This document shows, in pieces, positions 26,736 through 35,876 of a stretch of 64,000 bases of DNA. A program made the translations under genes and the position numbers. The first letter of the stretch is position 1; every line of letters starts with the position of its first letter. Location of the stretch: positions 86,278 through 150,277 of the IMG/VR virus record IMGVR_UViG_3300044970_001522, one strand, 5' to 3'. The DNA is from a virus. Lineage: Duplodnaviria; Heunggongvirae; Uroviricota; Caudoviricetes. Under the pieces are notes generated by a model. It saw nothing but the letters and a program-made list of their open reading frames with translations. It was not told the DNA's origin and did no database searches.

Positions 26736-27019
26736 AAATGAGTGAGTTAACAAACAAGGAAGTAAATCTACAGATTCCTGACTCACTCTTCCTTTCCCTT
26801 ACAAGAAAAGCAAAACAGCAGGGTGTCTCAATTGAGGCACTCTGTGTTTCTTTACTTGAGGGGGAGCAAGTTTTCGTAGAGCCATCCCTCTACCCCTCGA
26901 TGGGTAATGGGGACTTGCGAACGGAAATTCAAAAGCTTATGCAAAGCTCCCTGCCGAAAGACGAGGTGAACAAGCGAGTGCGGAAGTTGGAAGCACAACT
27001 CTTAAGGCTAATACGATGA
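26732..27019 (+). CDS. ribbon-helix-helix (CopG/HicB-like) protein
   Basis: VNLQIPDSLFLSLTRKAKQQGVSIEAL. Confidence 0.6.
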   Translation: MKMSELTNKEVNLQIPDSLFLSLTRKAKQQGVSIEALCVSLLEGEQVFVEPSLYPSMGNGDLRTEIQKLMQSSLPKDEVNKRVRKLEAQLLRLIR

Positions 27020-27393
27020 CGGTACCGCAAACTTTATCACCCTTAGTACGAGGCTTGTCTTACCCGTTGAGGGTGTTGAACGGAAATTTAGCCACAAGTA
27101 CGGACTATGACTTGAAGACGCAGGAAATTCGAAGTGTCGTTGAAACGAGGTTCTTTGAGCGAGTAATGAGGGCGGACTACGGCGTCGGAGACCACACCCT
27201 CGACATAATCGACCCCGGACAAATTAACTCAGAGTTTCAAAATTCGATACAAACCCATGTGTCCGGGTTGTCGTCCCTCGTCGTGAAAGGGGACTGGATC
27301 ACCTCGGGAGAGGACGGAATATACAAAGTGTACATAATTTATCAAGTCAACGGGATACCTCAACCGCCGCTCGAATTCTCCCTCGGAAACTAA
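27016..27393 (+). CDS. baseplate wedge protein, GPW/gp25 family
   Basis: GLSYPL...QEIRSVVETRFFERVMRADYG. Confidence 0.85.
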   Translation: MTVPQTLSPLVRGLSYPLRVLNGNLATSTDYDLKTQEIRSVVETRFFERVMRADYGVGDHTLDIIDPGQINSEFQNSIQTHVSGLSSLVVKGDWITSGEDGIYKVYIIYQVNGIPQPPLEFSLGN

Positions 27394-27454
27394 GCGGGTA
27401 AAACCTATACAGGAAATAAATGCCGAAACCAAACACGTGTGAAAAGAGGTAACT

Positions 27455-28954
27455 TTGGCAAATAGGTTTAAGACAGCTCCGGTACCGAAGGGGGAGATCT
27501 CAAGTTATACGAGCGACCCTTATAACTTATCCAGTATTTACATGTTTGGGAGCTCTTCTCCCTTTACTGGATCCGGAAATAGCATCGTTCGACCAAGTGA
27601 CGACCTTCTCATCCAGAAGGGAGGGAACCGTGCGCTTTCCGTCTATCAGCGGCTTTTCTTTGACGAGCACGTACAAAGTTCGTTCTCAAAGTTAGTTCAA
27701 GAGGTTGTATCGAGACCGTGGTACGTTGAGGAATACAGCTCAAAGCCTGGCGATACTGCAGTAAGGGACTTCGTAGCAGAAATCCTCGAAGAACTACCCT
27801 TAGACGAGATATATAAGGGACTTGCTGAAGCCCTTATCGTGGGGTTTAGTGTTGGCGAAATAATGTGGAAGAAATCAAAACGCGGGGTAATACCCTTTGA
27901 CATAAGAATTAGAGACCAGCGCCGATTTGTTTTCCAAGAAGCGGAAGACTCACAAACGGGCTTCACAATGAGGTGCTTAACCTTTAATCGTATGTTTGAG
28001 GGGGTTGAGCTCCCTGCTCGAAAATTCGTCGTAAATCGCTACTGGACTCAGCACAACGGGGACCCATACGGAACTTCGCTAGGGCGAGTTCTGTATCCCT
28101 TAGTAAAGTTTCGGAGAAGAGCCCTAGAGTCCTACGTTCTTTACGGGGACCGGTATGCGACACCCACAGCTGTTGCGACCGCACCCCTAAGCGCGTCCTC
28201 TGCCGAAATTGACACGATCTATGACCACATCTCAAACTTATCTCAGGAAACTGCGCTAATTTTGCCGGATGGGTACAAGCTTGAGTTTGTCAACCCGAGC
28301 GGAACTCCGGATGTGTTTAAGGGACTGATTGACTATATCGACAAGGAAATTAGCCTCATACTTTGCGGGGAAAACGAGGCTGGGCAAGCTGAGTCTGGAT
28401 CCAGAGCTTCTTCACAGGTTGCAAACGTTGTTCGAGTTGTGAAGGCAGCGGAAATTTCCGAAGCGATCTCTCACACTTTGACTCGCACTCTGGTACGATG
28501 GATTGTAGACCTTAACTTCGGTGTAGACGTTGCAGCGCCAACCCTCACAAGGGAGTTTCGAATTGAGGAGTCTTCCCTCACTGCCACCGACCTGGGTTCC
28601 CTTATCGACAAGGGGTACAAACCGCGTAGGGAGTGGGTTGAGAGGCATTTTCGTATTGAGCTTGAAGACGAAGCTCCTGAGTTCACGACGAAAGAGGAAG
28701 AAGGGAATACCACCTATAGCCCTGACGAGGACGAGGACCTTTACGGATCTATTTTTGGTGCTGACGGGGAGTACCCCGAAGGAAGTCCGGAGGACGAGCC
28801 GGAGGGTGGCGACGAGCCAAAGCCGAAGGAAGAACCATCCGGTGAGCAAACCACGTACAACCCTGAAGAAGATGGAAACCTTTACGACTCAGTGTTCGGG
28901 AATGACTTAGAACCCACTGAAGAGGGCAAAAAGAAGGGTAAAAAACGTATATGA
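27455..28954 (+). CDS. portal protein, Mu gp29/DUF935 family
   Basis: ALIVGFSVGEIMW, NGDPYGTSLGR, YGDRYATP, IDYIDKEISLILCGE; acidic C-terminal tail; TTG start. Confidence 0.9.
   Translation: MANRFKTAPVPKGEISSYTSDPYNLSSIYMFGSSSPFTGSGNSIVRPSDDLLIQKGGNRALSVYQRLFFDEHVQSSFSKLVQEVVSRPWYVEEYSSKPGDTAVRDFVAEILEELPLDEIYKGLAEALIVGFSVGEIMWKKSKRGVIPFDIRIRDQRRFVFQEAEDSQTGFTMRCLTFNRMFEGVELPARKFVVNRYWTQHNGDPYGTSLGRVLYPLVKFRRRALESYVLYGDRYATPTAVATAPLSASSAEIDTIYDHISNLSQETALILPDGYKLEFVNPSGTPDVFKGLIDYIDKEISLILCGENEAGQAESGSRASSQVANVVRVVKAAEISEAISHTLTRTLVRWIVDLNFGVDVAAPTLTREFRIEESSLTATDLGSLIDKGYKPRREWVERHFRIELEDEAPEFTTKEEEGNTTYSPDEDEDLYGSIFGADGEYPEGSPEDEPEGGDEPKPKEEPSGEQTTYNPEEDGNLYDSVFGNDLEPTEEGKKKGKKRI
28708..28900 (+). 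repeat. duplicated peptide in portal C-terminus
   Basis: TTYSPDEDEDLYGSIFG and TTYNPEEDGNLYDSVFG. Confidence 0.75.
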
Positions 28955-31530
28955 GTACAACGAGTAGCAAAGTGTTTTCAAAACGTGTTCATGTTTTTAC
29001 GGCGGGACCCCAGGTTTCTGCTCAGGGCGTGGAAAGGAACTTCACACCTCAAGACCTTCAGCAAGTTGTTGATTCCTACGACCCCCAAACACATGAGGCA
29101 CCCCTTGTTATTGGTCATACTGGGGACAACGACAGTGTTCCTTCTTTTGGGTGGGTCAAAAAGTTGGTCAGAAGCGGAGAGAAGCTATACGCAGACGTTG
29201 ACTTCACTGACACTGCTAAAGATTTAGTGAAAAAAGGGCATTACCGCAAAGTCTCCATATCCTTCTACTCTCCGAACTCTCCAATTAACCCGCATGAGGG
29301 ACAGTGGAGCGTTCGGCACTTGGCACTTTTGGGAGCGTCGCCCCCTGCGGTTAAGGGCCTGGAGCCTTTCTCGTTCTCTGAGGAAGGTAACGGAGTGTTC
29401 AACTTCGCTTCAGCTCTATCTCCAGAAGACATCTTTGACGACGAGCTTGGTCCCACACTTCTTGTTGAGCGAAGCCCGTTAGAAATCCTAAAGGAAAAGC
29501 TTGAGGAAATTCGTGGAGACATGAGTTCTTCTCTTCAAGAGCTACAAGAAAACCAAGACGATCAGACTGAAACAGACGTCGATTCGACACAAACTACAAA
29601 TTCGGCGGATGAAAGTACCGCCCCCGAAAACCCTAACCAGCAATTTTCCGAAATGAAAAAGAAAATGGGGCGTGAAGGAGCTGAAGTCTCCGAATCCGCT
29701 CAAAGTCTAGCAAACATGGAAGACAAATTTCCAGAAGAGAAGTTCGACGAAGGAGTCTCTCGCAAAGTTGCGAAAGGGGCTCACGGCCACCACGTACAAG
29801 TTGTGGAAGAGGTTTTTGAAGAGGGCGATGAAGAACTCTCGGACGAGCACCGTGAGATTCCCGCTGCTTTCAAGAAAAATATCGCTAAGATGAAAGCTAA
29901 GCACAAAGCCCACGATGAGGACGGGGAAGATGATGAAGACGAACTTTCCGAGGAACACGGAGAAGTTCCTGCTGCTTTCAAGAAAAATATCGCTAAGATG
30001 AAGGCCAAGACAGCGAAGGTGGAAGAATCCGACGAGGAAGACTCTGAGGGCGACTACGCTGAGGTAGGGTTTAAGAAAACTGCGAACAGGCAGGCATCGT
30101 TTGGAAAACGTGCTGAGAAGGATCCAGGGGATCCAGCTGGTCGTTCTAAAACAGCACGGTCATCCGACGATAGCTACGGGGACCGTCAGTCGGTTGGACA
30201 AGGGGGTGAGGAAGACCGCGAAGGTTTGACTTCAGACGTGGCGCAAGACACGGACCGTTTAAACACTGCTAAGGACGGTGACCAGGAGCAAGACCGAGAA
30301 GAGCTGGCGAAGGCACTCGACGGTGAAGGGGACGAAGATTCCCGTTGGGCTGACCAACCTGAGGGTCGCCGCCGTTCAATGGAAGACGACCAGTACAACG
30401 ATGGTGAGTACGGACTTCCAGGAAGAAACAAGCCGGGAACCTCCGATGGAAACGACCCCCACGGTCGCGATGGCGGGCCAACTTCAGTTTCTGAGGACTC
30501 TGAGGAAGAGCCCGACACCGAGGACATTGCTGTGCCACTTCAGAGCACCAAGGGCAACAAAGTTTCTCGCGTTCTTCACCAAACCTCCGGACAAAAGAGG
30601 GCGTCTGTCAAAGGTAAGGAAATTGCGGATCACAGCGAAGAGTCCGACGGTGTTACACGAACTGCGAAAAAGGCAGGTGTTTCGGCGGGGAACGACCCCC
30701 ACGGTCGCGAAGACGGACCCACAAACTTCCCTGACCGCTCTGAGGAAGAGCCGGACGACCTCGACATTGCTGTCGACCTAGAAAGTGTCGTTGGTAGTCG
30801 CAAAGTTCGTGTGCTGCGTCAGCGATCGGGTGAAAAGCCTTCGATTGACCACGCCGAAGAAGACGATCTTGACATGGAAGAGTGTGGGACTTCCAGGAAA
30901 GTTTCTCGCAAGTTTGCAGAACGCGATCCAATGACTCGAACCGGAAAGGGCTCGACTTACGGGCAAAAGCGTCCCGTTATGGAAGAGGATGACGATGAGG
31001 AGATGTACGATGAGGACGACGATTTCTCTGAAACTGACGACTTTTGTGGAATGGGGTCAATGGGCCAGGCTAAGCCTATGGGTTATCCCACCCAAATGTT
31101 CGAAGAGTTCCAACGTGAGCTGGAAAATCTTAAGAACGAAAATTCTCGCCTGAGGAAAGAGTACCAGGAGCACCAAACCAACTCCCGTAAGCAACGCATC
31201 GCCGACTTTGTCGACAGCCTCTACACCGAAGGAAAGATGACTGACGGAGTAATTCCTCAGAGAGACCTTCAAAACTACTGCGAAGGTCTTGAGTTCGGTA
31301 CACTTGACTTCGCAGAAGGCGAAACACCAACAACCAAGTTGTTTGCGCTTCTTGAGCGTTTGCCCAACATGGTTCACTTCGGGGAAGTTGTCGCCGAGGG
31401 GCGTTTCAGCGACCCTGAAGATGACGAAGATCTAGACCCCCATTCTCGTGCAATGAAGATGGTTCAGGCCGGAGAGTGCGATTACGTTGAGGCAATCAAG
31501 CGTTCCATTCCTTGGGGAGGTCGGGGCTGA
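28951..31530 (+). CDS. Mu gpI-like prohead protease fused to a long acidic scaffold region
   Basis: HVFTAG, PLVIGH, FGWVKKL, YRKVSISFY, RHLALLGASPPAVKGL; C-terminal coiled coil. Confidence 0.88.
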   Translation: MSTTSSKVFSKRVHVFTAGPQVSAQGVERNFTPQDLQQVVDSYDPQTHEAPLVIGHTGDNDSVPSFGWVKKLVRSGEKLYADVDFTDTAKDLVKKGHYRKVSISFYSPNSPINPHEGQWSVRHLALLGASPPAVKGLEPFSFSEEGNGVFNFASALSPEDIFDDELGPTLLVERSPLEILKEKLEEIRGDMSSSLQELQENQDDQTETDVDSTQTTNSADESTAPENPNQQFSEMKKKMGREGAEVSESAQSLANMEDKFPEEKFDEGVSRKVAKGAHGHHVQVVEEVFEEGDEELSDEHREIPAAFKKNIAKMKAKHKAHDEDGEDDEDELSEEHGEVPAAFKKNIAKMKAKTAKVEESDEEDSEGDYAEVGFKKTANRQASFGKRAEKDPGDPAGRSKTARSSDDSYGDRQSVGQGGEEDREGLTSDVAQDTDRLNTAKDGDQEQDREELAKALDGEGDEDSRWADQPEGRRRSMEDDQYNDGEYGLPGRNKPGTSDGNDPHGRDGGPTSVSEDSEEEPDTEDIAVPLQSTKGNKVSRVLHQTSGQKRASVKGKEIADHSEESDGVTRTAKKAGVSAGNDPHGREDGPTNFPDRSEEEPDDLDIAVDLESVVGSRKVRVLRQRSGEKPSIDHAEEDDLDMEECGTSRKVSRKFAERDPMTRTGKGSTYGQKRPVMEEDDDEEMYDEDDDFSETDDFCGMGSMGQAKPMGYPTQMFEEFQRELENLKNENSRLRKEYQEHQTNSRKQRIADFVDSLYTEGKMTDGVIPQRDLQNYCEGLEFGTLDFAEGETPTTKLFALLERLPNMVHFGEVVAEGRFSDPEDDEDLDPHSRAMKMVQAGECDYVEAIKRSIPWGGRG
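29860..30008 (+). repeat. direct repeat in scaffold encoding PAAFKKNIAKMKAK twice
   Basis: gctgctttcaagaaaaatatcgctaagatgaa occurs twice. Confidence 0.9.
30436..30780 (+). repeat. duplicated scaffold peptide GNDPHGR..GPT....SEEEPD..DIAV
   Basis: aacgacccccacggtcgcga occurs near 30452 and 30691. Confidence 0.85.
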
Positions 31531-31562
31531 TAGCTCCGATACTGCTGCCCGGAGATTAAGCT

Positions 31563-32270
31563 ATGGACCTTCTAACTTTGGTCGGGCAGGTAACAAAAAA
31601 GCGAGCGGACTACTTCTCTCAAGCCGAGGTCTTAGCTCGCAAAGCGAAAACACAAGAGAAGCTGGAAAGTCTCATGACGGACCAGTCGAAAGTTCTTGTG
31701 AAGGCTTTGCGAGACAAGGATATTCGCTGGGAGGAGTACTCTCGAACTTTGATTGATAAGACACTGTCTGCAGCCCTCGCTGCCGTTCACCTAGGGGCAG
31801 GAAAAGCCTCGCCACAAGCAAAAGTCGAACGGGCATGGGGCACTGTAACCGGGCAAATGCTCCCACCTTTGTTAGAATTCTTGAGCCAAACCGAACTAGC
31901 ACTAAACGACGGATCCCTAATGCTCGGCGACGACCGCATAAATTTCTCGGAAATTGATCTTGAAGATATGTACGAAGGGGGCGAAGAGGTACTTCCACCG
32001 AAGCCGAAAATGTCTTGGCTGAGCCTTGTTACCAGAGTCGTTCGCTACCTTGCAAACCCTTCCTACTCATTTTTCAACCTTGGTGACTCCTACGTGAAAC
32101 AAGAGCAGGGTTACCGGGAGATGCGACGAGTGCCAGTGTTGGACAGGAGAACTTGTCCTGACTGCATAAAGTTTGGGGAGAAGGGGTGGCAGCCCTTTGG
32201 AACCCTGCCGATGCCGGGGCAAGAGTGCCGGTGCTACGATCGCTGCCGCTGCCGAATCGACTACCGTTGA
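31563..32270 (+). CDS. head morphogenesis protein (Mu gpF / SPP1 gp7-like)
   Basis: DRRTCPDC...PMPGQECRCYDRCRCRIDY C-terminus. Confidence 0.75.
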   Translation: MDLLTLVGQVTKKRADYFSQAEVLARKAKTQEKLESLMTDQSKVLVKALRDKDIRWEEYSRTLIDKTLSAALAAVHLGAGKASPQAKVERAWGTVTGQMLPPLLEFLSQTELALNDGSLMLGDDRINFSEIDLEDMYEGGEEVLPPKPKMSWLSLVTRVVRYLANPSYSFFNLGDSYVKQEQGYREMRRVPVLDRRTCPDCIKFGEKGWQPFGTLPMPGQECRCYDRCRCRIDYR

Positions 32271-32394
32271 CTTTTAAACGAACCCACCATGGTTCAAACT
32301 AAGGTGAAGCAGGGTAAAACCTGAATAACTAAGCTAGGTGAAAAACAAGTCCTAGAGGAAACAACAAAACCAATAACCCTTTGAAAATATCAAA

Positions 32395-32868
32395 ATGTCT
32401 TTGAACATCGCACCAGTTTACGGTAAGCAATTCATTCGTTACGCGGAGACTTTCACCGCTGCTACTGACAACCAAGGTGGAACGGCTGGAGTCGTTGAAA
32501 TTCCTGAGTTTGCAGTTGTTGCTTACGCAACCTATGCCGGAGCAAACAAAGTTTGCGCCCCTGGCAACCTAACCGCGTTTGATGGGAAGATTGTAGGTGT
32601 GAACCAGGCCTACATTCCCACAGCCCTGTCTCAACCTCGCACCGCTCGTCAAGCTTCTGTGGCCACCAGTGGCTCCTTGCTTGTTGAAGTGAGTGCCAGC
32701 GCCGTGGCCCCCTTCGTACTCAACGCCCAGCTTTCAGTTGGTGCTGACGGCAAGGCGCTACCCACTGCGAATACCGGGACCAACGTCACTCTTGACGGTA
32801 CTATCCCGCTCATTCGTGAAATCGTGCGAATCGGCGGTCGCACTGTCTTGCTGGTTTCATTCGCCTGA
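32395..32868 (+). CDS. head decoration/cement protein (DUF2190-like)
   Basis: Small beta-rich protein directly before the major capsid gene; VATSGSLLVE...LSVGADGKA. Confidence 0.65.
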   Translation: MSLNIAPVYGKQFIRYAETFTAATDNQGGTAGVVEIPEFAVVAYATYAGANKVCAPGNLTAFDGKIVGVNQAYIPTALSQPRTARQASVATSGSLLVEVSASAVAPFVLNAQLSVGADGKALPTANTGTNVTLDGTIPLIREIVRIGGRTVLLVSFA

Positions 32869-32903
32869 GAAAAGCTGACGCATTTCGGTGCGTTTTCACT
32901 AAG

Positions 32904-32934
32904 AGCCTTCAACTTTCGAGTTGGGGGCTTTTTT
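32904..32934 (+). terminator. intrinsic terminator
   Basis: AGCCTTCAAC-TTTCGA-GTTGGGGGCT stem then T run. Confidence 0.7.
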
Positions 32935-33042
32935 CGTGAAAAAGAAGGGTATAACTACAGTGACCCCAAAGTTTTAGGACTCGCGGGTCGGATTGCTTCG
33001 GCAATCTTTGAAGTCAACTTTACACACAAGGAAACATCTATT

Positions 33043-35848
33043 ATGATGAATCATAAAGGTTCCACTCAGAGGTGACTCTGATTGAAAATCGGGTGAATTG
33101 CTGGGACACCTTAGTTTTGCTTTTGCAAAACAGGCAATCAGCAGCCAAGGCCCCTAGGGATAGGGGCAAGGTTCAACGACTAGGATAAGTAATCTAGAAC
33201 AGAAGAAAGTCCCAAGAGCGCCCGACTCTTTGCTCAGGCAAAGATGATGATATAGTCTGAACTTTACAGAAATGTAGAGAAGTAAAGGATAAAGAGCCTT
33301 TACGATAACAAGTTGCTACAACAGACCTATGCAGGGGTCGATCCCATTTTTTAGAGTGGCTTTGTTTTAACAAAGAAAATCCGGTGAATTGCTGGGACAC
33401 CTTAGTTTTGCTTTTGCAAAATAGGCAATCAGCAGCCAAGTTTACTTAGGGTCTTTACTAGCTATAGTAGAGTTAGGTAAAAAGGTTCAACGACTAGAAG
33501 ATGACTGACCCAAGAATAACTCTTCCACGAGCGCCGGGACTCACTAGTTACAGACAACTAAACAGATACTTTTTCTTCTTAGAAAAATTCGGTTCCCTCG
33601 AAAAGTTTAAATGCTGTCACGAACACCACATCCACCCAACTAAAATGGGAGGAAGTGATGCCAAAGTGAACTTAATTTACCTTACACCCAGGGCCCATTA
33701 CATCGCCCATCAGCTCCTCTTTAGAGCATTTACGGGAAACCAACAAGCCCAACGGGCTGCTTGGCTTATGTCCCACACGATTGACGAAGCTTTCGTCAAT
33801 TCTAGGGTGTATGAGTTTCTAAAAAATAACTACATTTTTTCTGAAGAGACCCGTAATAAACTTTCTGAAGCAGGTAGGAATAGGAAACTTAGTTTCGAGT
33901 CCAGAGAAAAAATCTCTAACTCAAACAAAGAAACCTACAGAAACACCTCTAAAGAAGTTCTACTAGAGAGAATTGAAAGGATGAGGGAGACTAAGAGAGG
34001 TACCCCGTGGAATGAGAGTCATAGAAACTCTATCCCCCCTTCTCTTCCTAGGGGGAGAGATCACTGGAGACTAAAAGATAGTCCATTATGGGGTGTATCC
34101 GATGAAATACTCAAAGTATGGCTAGAGAATGGTAAACCATCTTATGTTATGCTTTGTAGATTGTTAGGAATCCCCAAAACTAAATCTGTTATGTCTGTAA
34201 TAAAGAGTATGATATAGTCTGAACTCTTTGGAAACAAGGAGAAGTAGAGGATAAAGAGCCTTTACGATAACAAATGTCTTACAACCCTTGCACAAGGTTT
34301 TATGCTTCCGTCAACAAATATTGCGAATTTTATCGCACCGGTTGTTGACACTCCTACCAGAGCTGGGAGAATTCTCAGATTTGGGAAGGAACAGTTTGCT
34401 ATAAACGATTTCCGTCGTGCTTACGGAACTAACATCCCATACGTCCAAAGCCGCTACGACTCTGAGCCTTATGCTCTAGAGCAGGAAGTGGTCGCCTGGG
34501 AATTGCCTGAAGAGGTTGAATCAATAGCCTCCATCAGTTGAGAAACTGAAAGAAAAACTGGGTGAATTGCTGGGAAGCCTACGGCTTCAAACGAGAGTTT
34601 GAAACTATGGTAATCAGCAGCGAAGCGTTTTCGGGAGAAAACGAACGTTCAACGACTAACAGCATACCACTAGAACAGTGATGAAGCTGACAAGAGCGCC
34701 TAGCACCCTAACAAGGGTGAAGATATAGTCTGAACTTTCTGGAAACAGAAAGAAGTAAGGGATAAAGAGCCTTTACGATAACAGTATTGAATTGAAAACG
34801 CTGGCGAGGGTTGTTTGGCTCTTGCTGTGGCAGCTTAACCACAAATTAACTGGGTGAATTGCTGGGATCCCTGAATTTCCATTAAAGAAACAGGCAATCA
34901 GCAGCCAAGTTTACTACGTCGAGAAATCATTATGATTTCTGTGGTGAAAAGGTTCAACGACTAGACGATGAGTTTCGACAACAATAACTCGTCCACGAGC
35001 GCCCAGCCCTTTGCTTAGCAAAGGTGAAGATATAGTCTGAACTTTCTGGAAACAGAAAGAAGTAAAGGATAAAGAGCCTTTACGATAACAATTTGCCTGC
35101 ACAAGTAGATCTTCGCGCAATCGAAACCAGGAATGCAATGTCCAGATTGATGAACAGCTACGAGTACACCGTTGCTCAAGCTGTTTCCGTCACCGCGACT
35201 TACAACCCTTACGAGCCCTATAACGGAACCGCAGGTTCCCAGACCGGACTCGGTTTCACAACCTGGACAAACTTCAAGACAGCTTACGGCTCCGTTGCTG
35301 GAGACGCCGCCTGGTCTGGTGCTACTTCTAACCCAATTGAAGACATTCTAACCCTCAAGCGTGCAGTCGCCAACCAAATCGGTATCCGTCCAAACTCCGC
35401 AGTCGTCGGTTCTTCCGTGTTTGACCTCTTGCTGACCAACGAGAAGATCCTTGATCGTACCAAGTACACATCTGCAGACAGCGTCGACACTGACGTCATT
35501 GCTCGCTACTTCGGTCTTGAGCGTGGCCTACGTGTTGCCGAAGGTCGTTACTTAGCGCAAGATGGAACCCTACAGCCGGTATTCCCAGCTAACGGTATCC
35601 TTCTGTTCTACAGCCCTAACGGTCCTTCTGATTCCATCATGCCTGCTGGTGGTGCGAATGCTGCGACTCCTGCCTTCTCTTACACATATCAGCTCACAGG
35701 CACCCCCGCCGTCCGTCCCGAATACTACATTCGTGAACGTCGCGTTGTGCGTGCTGAAATCACAATTGAACGTGTGGTTAACCTGGTTGGCCTCGGCGCA
35801 ACTGGTCTTATCGGTTCTGGCGCTATGATCACCAACATCCTATCCTGA
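33043..35848 (+). CDS. major capsid protein, spliced: join(33043-33051,33316-33347,34277-34516,34790-34811,35096-35848), 351 aa
   Basis: Joined exons total 1056 nt with no internal stop: MMNLQQTYAGVDPILTTLAQGFMLPSTNIANFIAPVVDTPTRAGRILRFGKEQF...ELPEEVIENAGEGPAQVDLRAIETRN...; Mu-like/cyanobacterial prophage capsid signature and canonical position. Confidence 0.88.
33052..33315 (+). ncRNA. group I intron 1 (264 nt, IA-like)
   Basis: 5' exon ends in U, with GAAU/GUUC P1; GAATTGCTGGGA, AATCAGCAGCC, TTCAACGACTAG, GATATAGTC core; P3 CGGGTG/CGCCCG; terminal G. Confidence 0.9.
33348..34276 (+). mobile_element. group I intron 2 (929 nt) with homing endonuclease in the P8 loop
   Basis: P1 CCAU/GUGG, same core motifs, P3 CCGGTG/CGCCGG, terminal G at 34276. 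Confidence 0.92.
33501..34217 (+). CDS. HNH homing endonuclease with NUMOD3-like DNA-binding repeats
   Basis: HEHHIHPTKMGGSDAKVNLIYLTPRAHYIAHQLL; SEETRNKLSEA / SFESREKISNS repeats; AT-rich. Confidence 0.9.
   Translation: MTDPRITLPRAPGLTSYRQLNRYFFFLEKFGSLEKFKCCHEHHIHPTKMGGSDAKVNLIYLTPRAHYIAHQLLFRAFTGNQQAQRAAWLMSHTIDEAFVNSRVYEFLKNNYIFSEETRNKLSEAGRNRKLSFESREKISNSNKETYRNTSKEVLLERIERMRETKRGTPWNESHRNSIPPSLPRGRDHWRLKDSPLWGVSDEILKVWLENGKPSYVMLCRLLGIPKTKSVMSVIKSMI
34517..34789 (+). ncRNA. group I intron 3 (273 nt)
   Basis: P1 GAGGU/GCCUC, P3 CTGGGTG/CGCCTAG, P8 CACCCT-AACA-AGGGTG, AAGATATAGTC, terminal G. Confidence 0.92.
34812..35095 (+). ncRNA. group I intron 4 (284 nt)
   Basis: P1 GAGGGU/GCUCUU, P3 CTGGGTG/CGCCCAG, P8 CCTTTGC-TTA-GCAAAGG, AAGATATAGTC, terminal G. 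Confidence 0.92.
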
Positions 35849-35876
35849 TAAGGGAAGGTACTAAGGAGGTGACCCA

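Noticed and set aside
26732-27019. RHH protein as a sixth antitoxin mimic
   Set aside because: Lies in the late structural operon and retains the DNA-binding fold; more simply a regulator
33244-35095. Four-fold repeat that might be a CRISPR array
   Set aside because: Units are about 60-70 nt, spacing is irregular and far too long, and they are explained as intron P7-P9 regions
33194-35138. Minus-strand ORFs 33194-33439 and 34914-35138 that resemble each other
   Set aside because: The similarity comes from the repeated intron 3' tails, not from coding
35093-35848. Stand-alone 251-aa capsid protein starting at TTG
   Set aside because: The TTG is the last three bases of intron 4; upstream exons supply the missing N-terminal 100 aa
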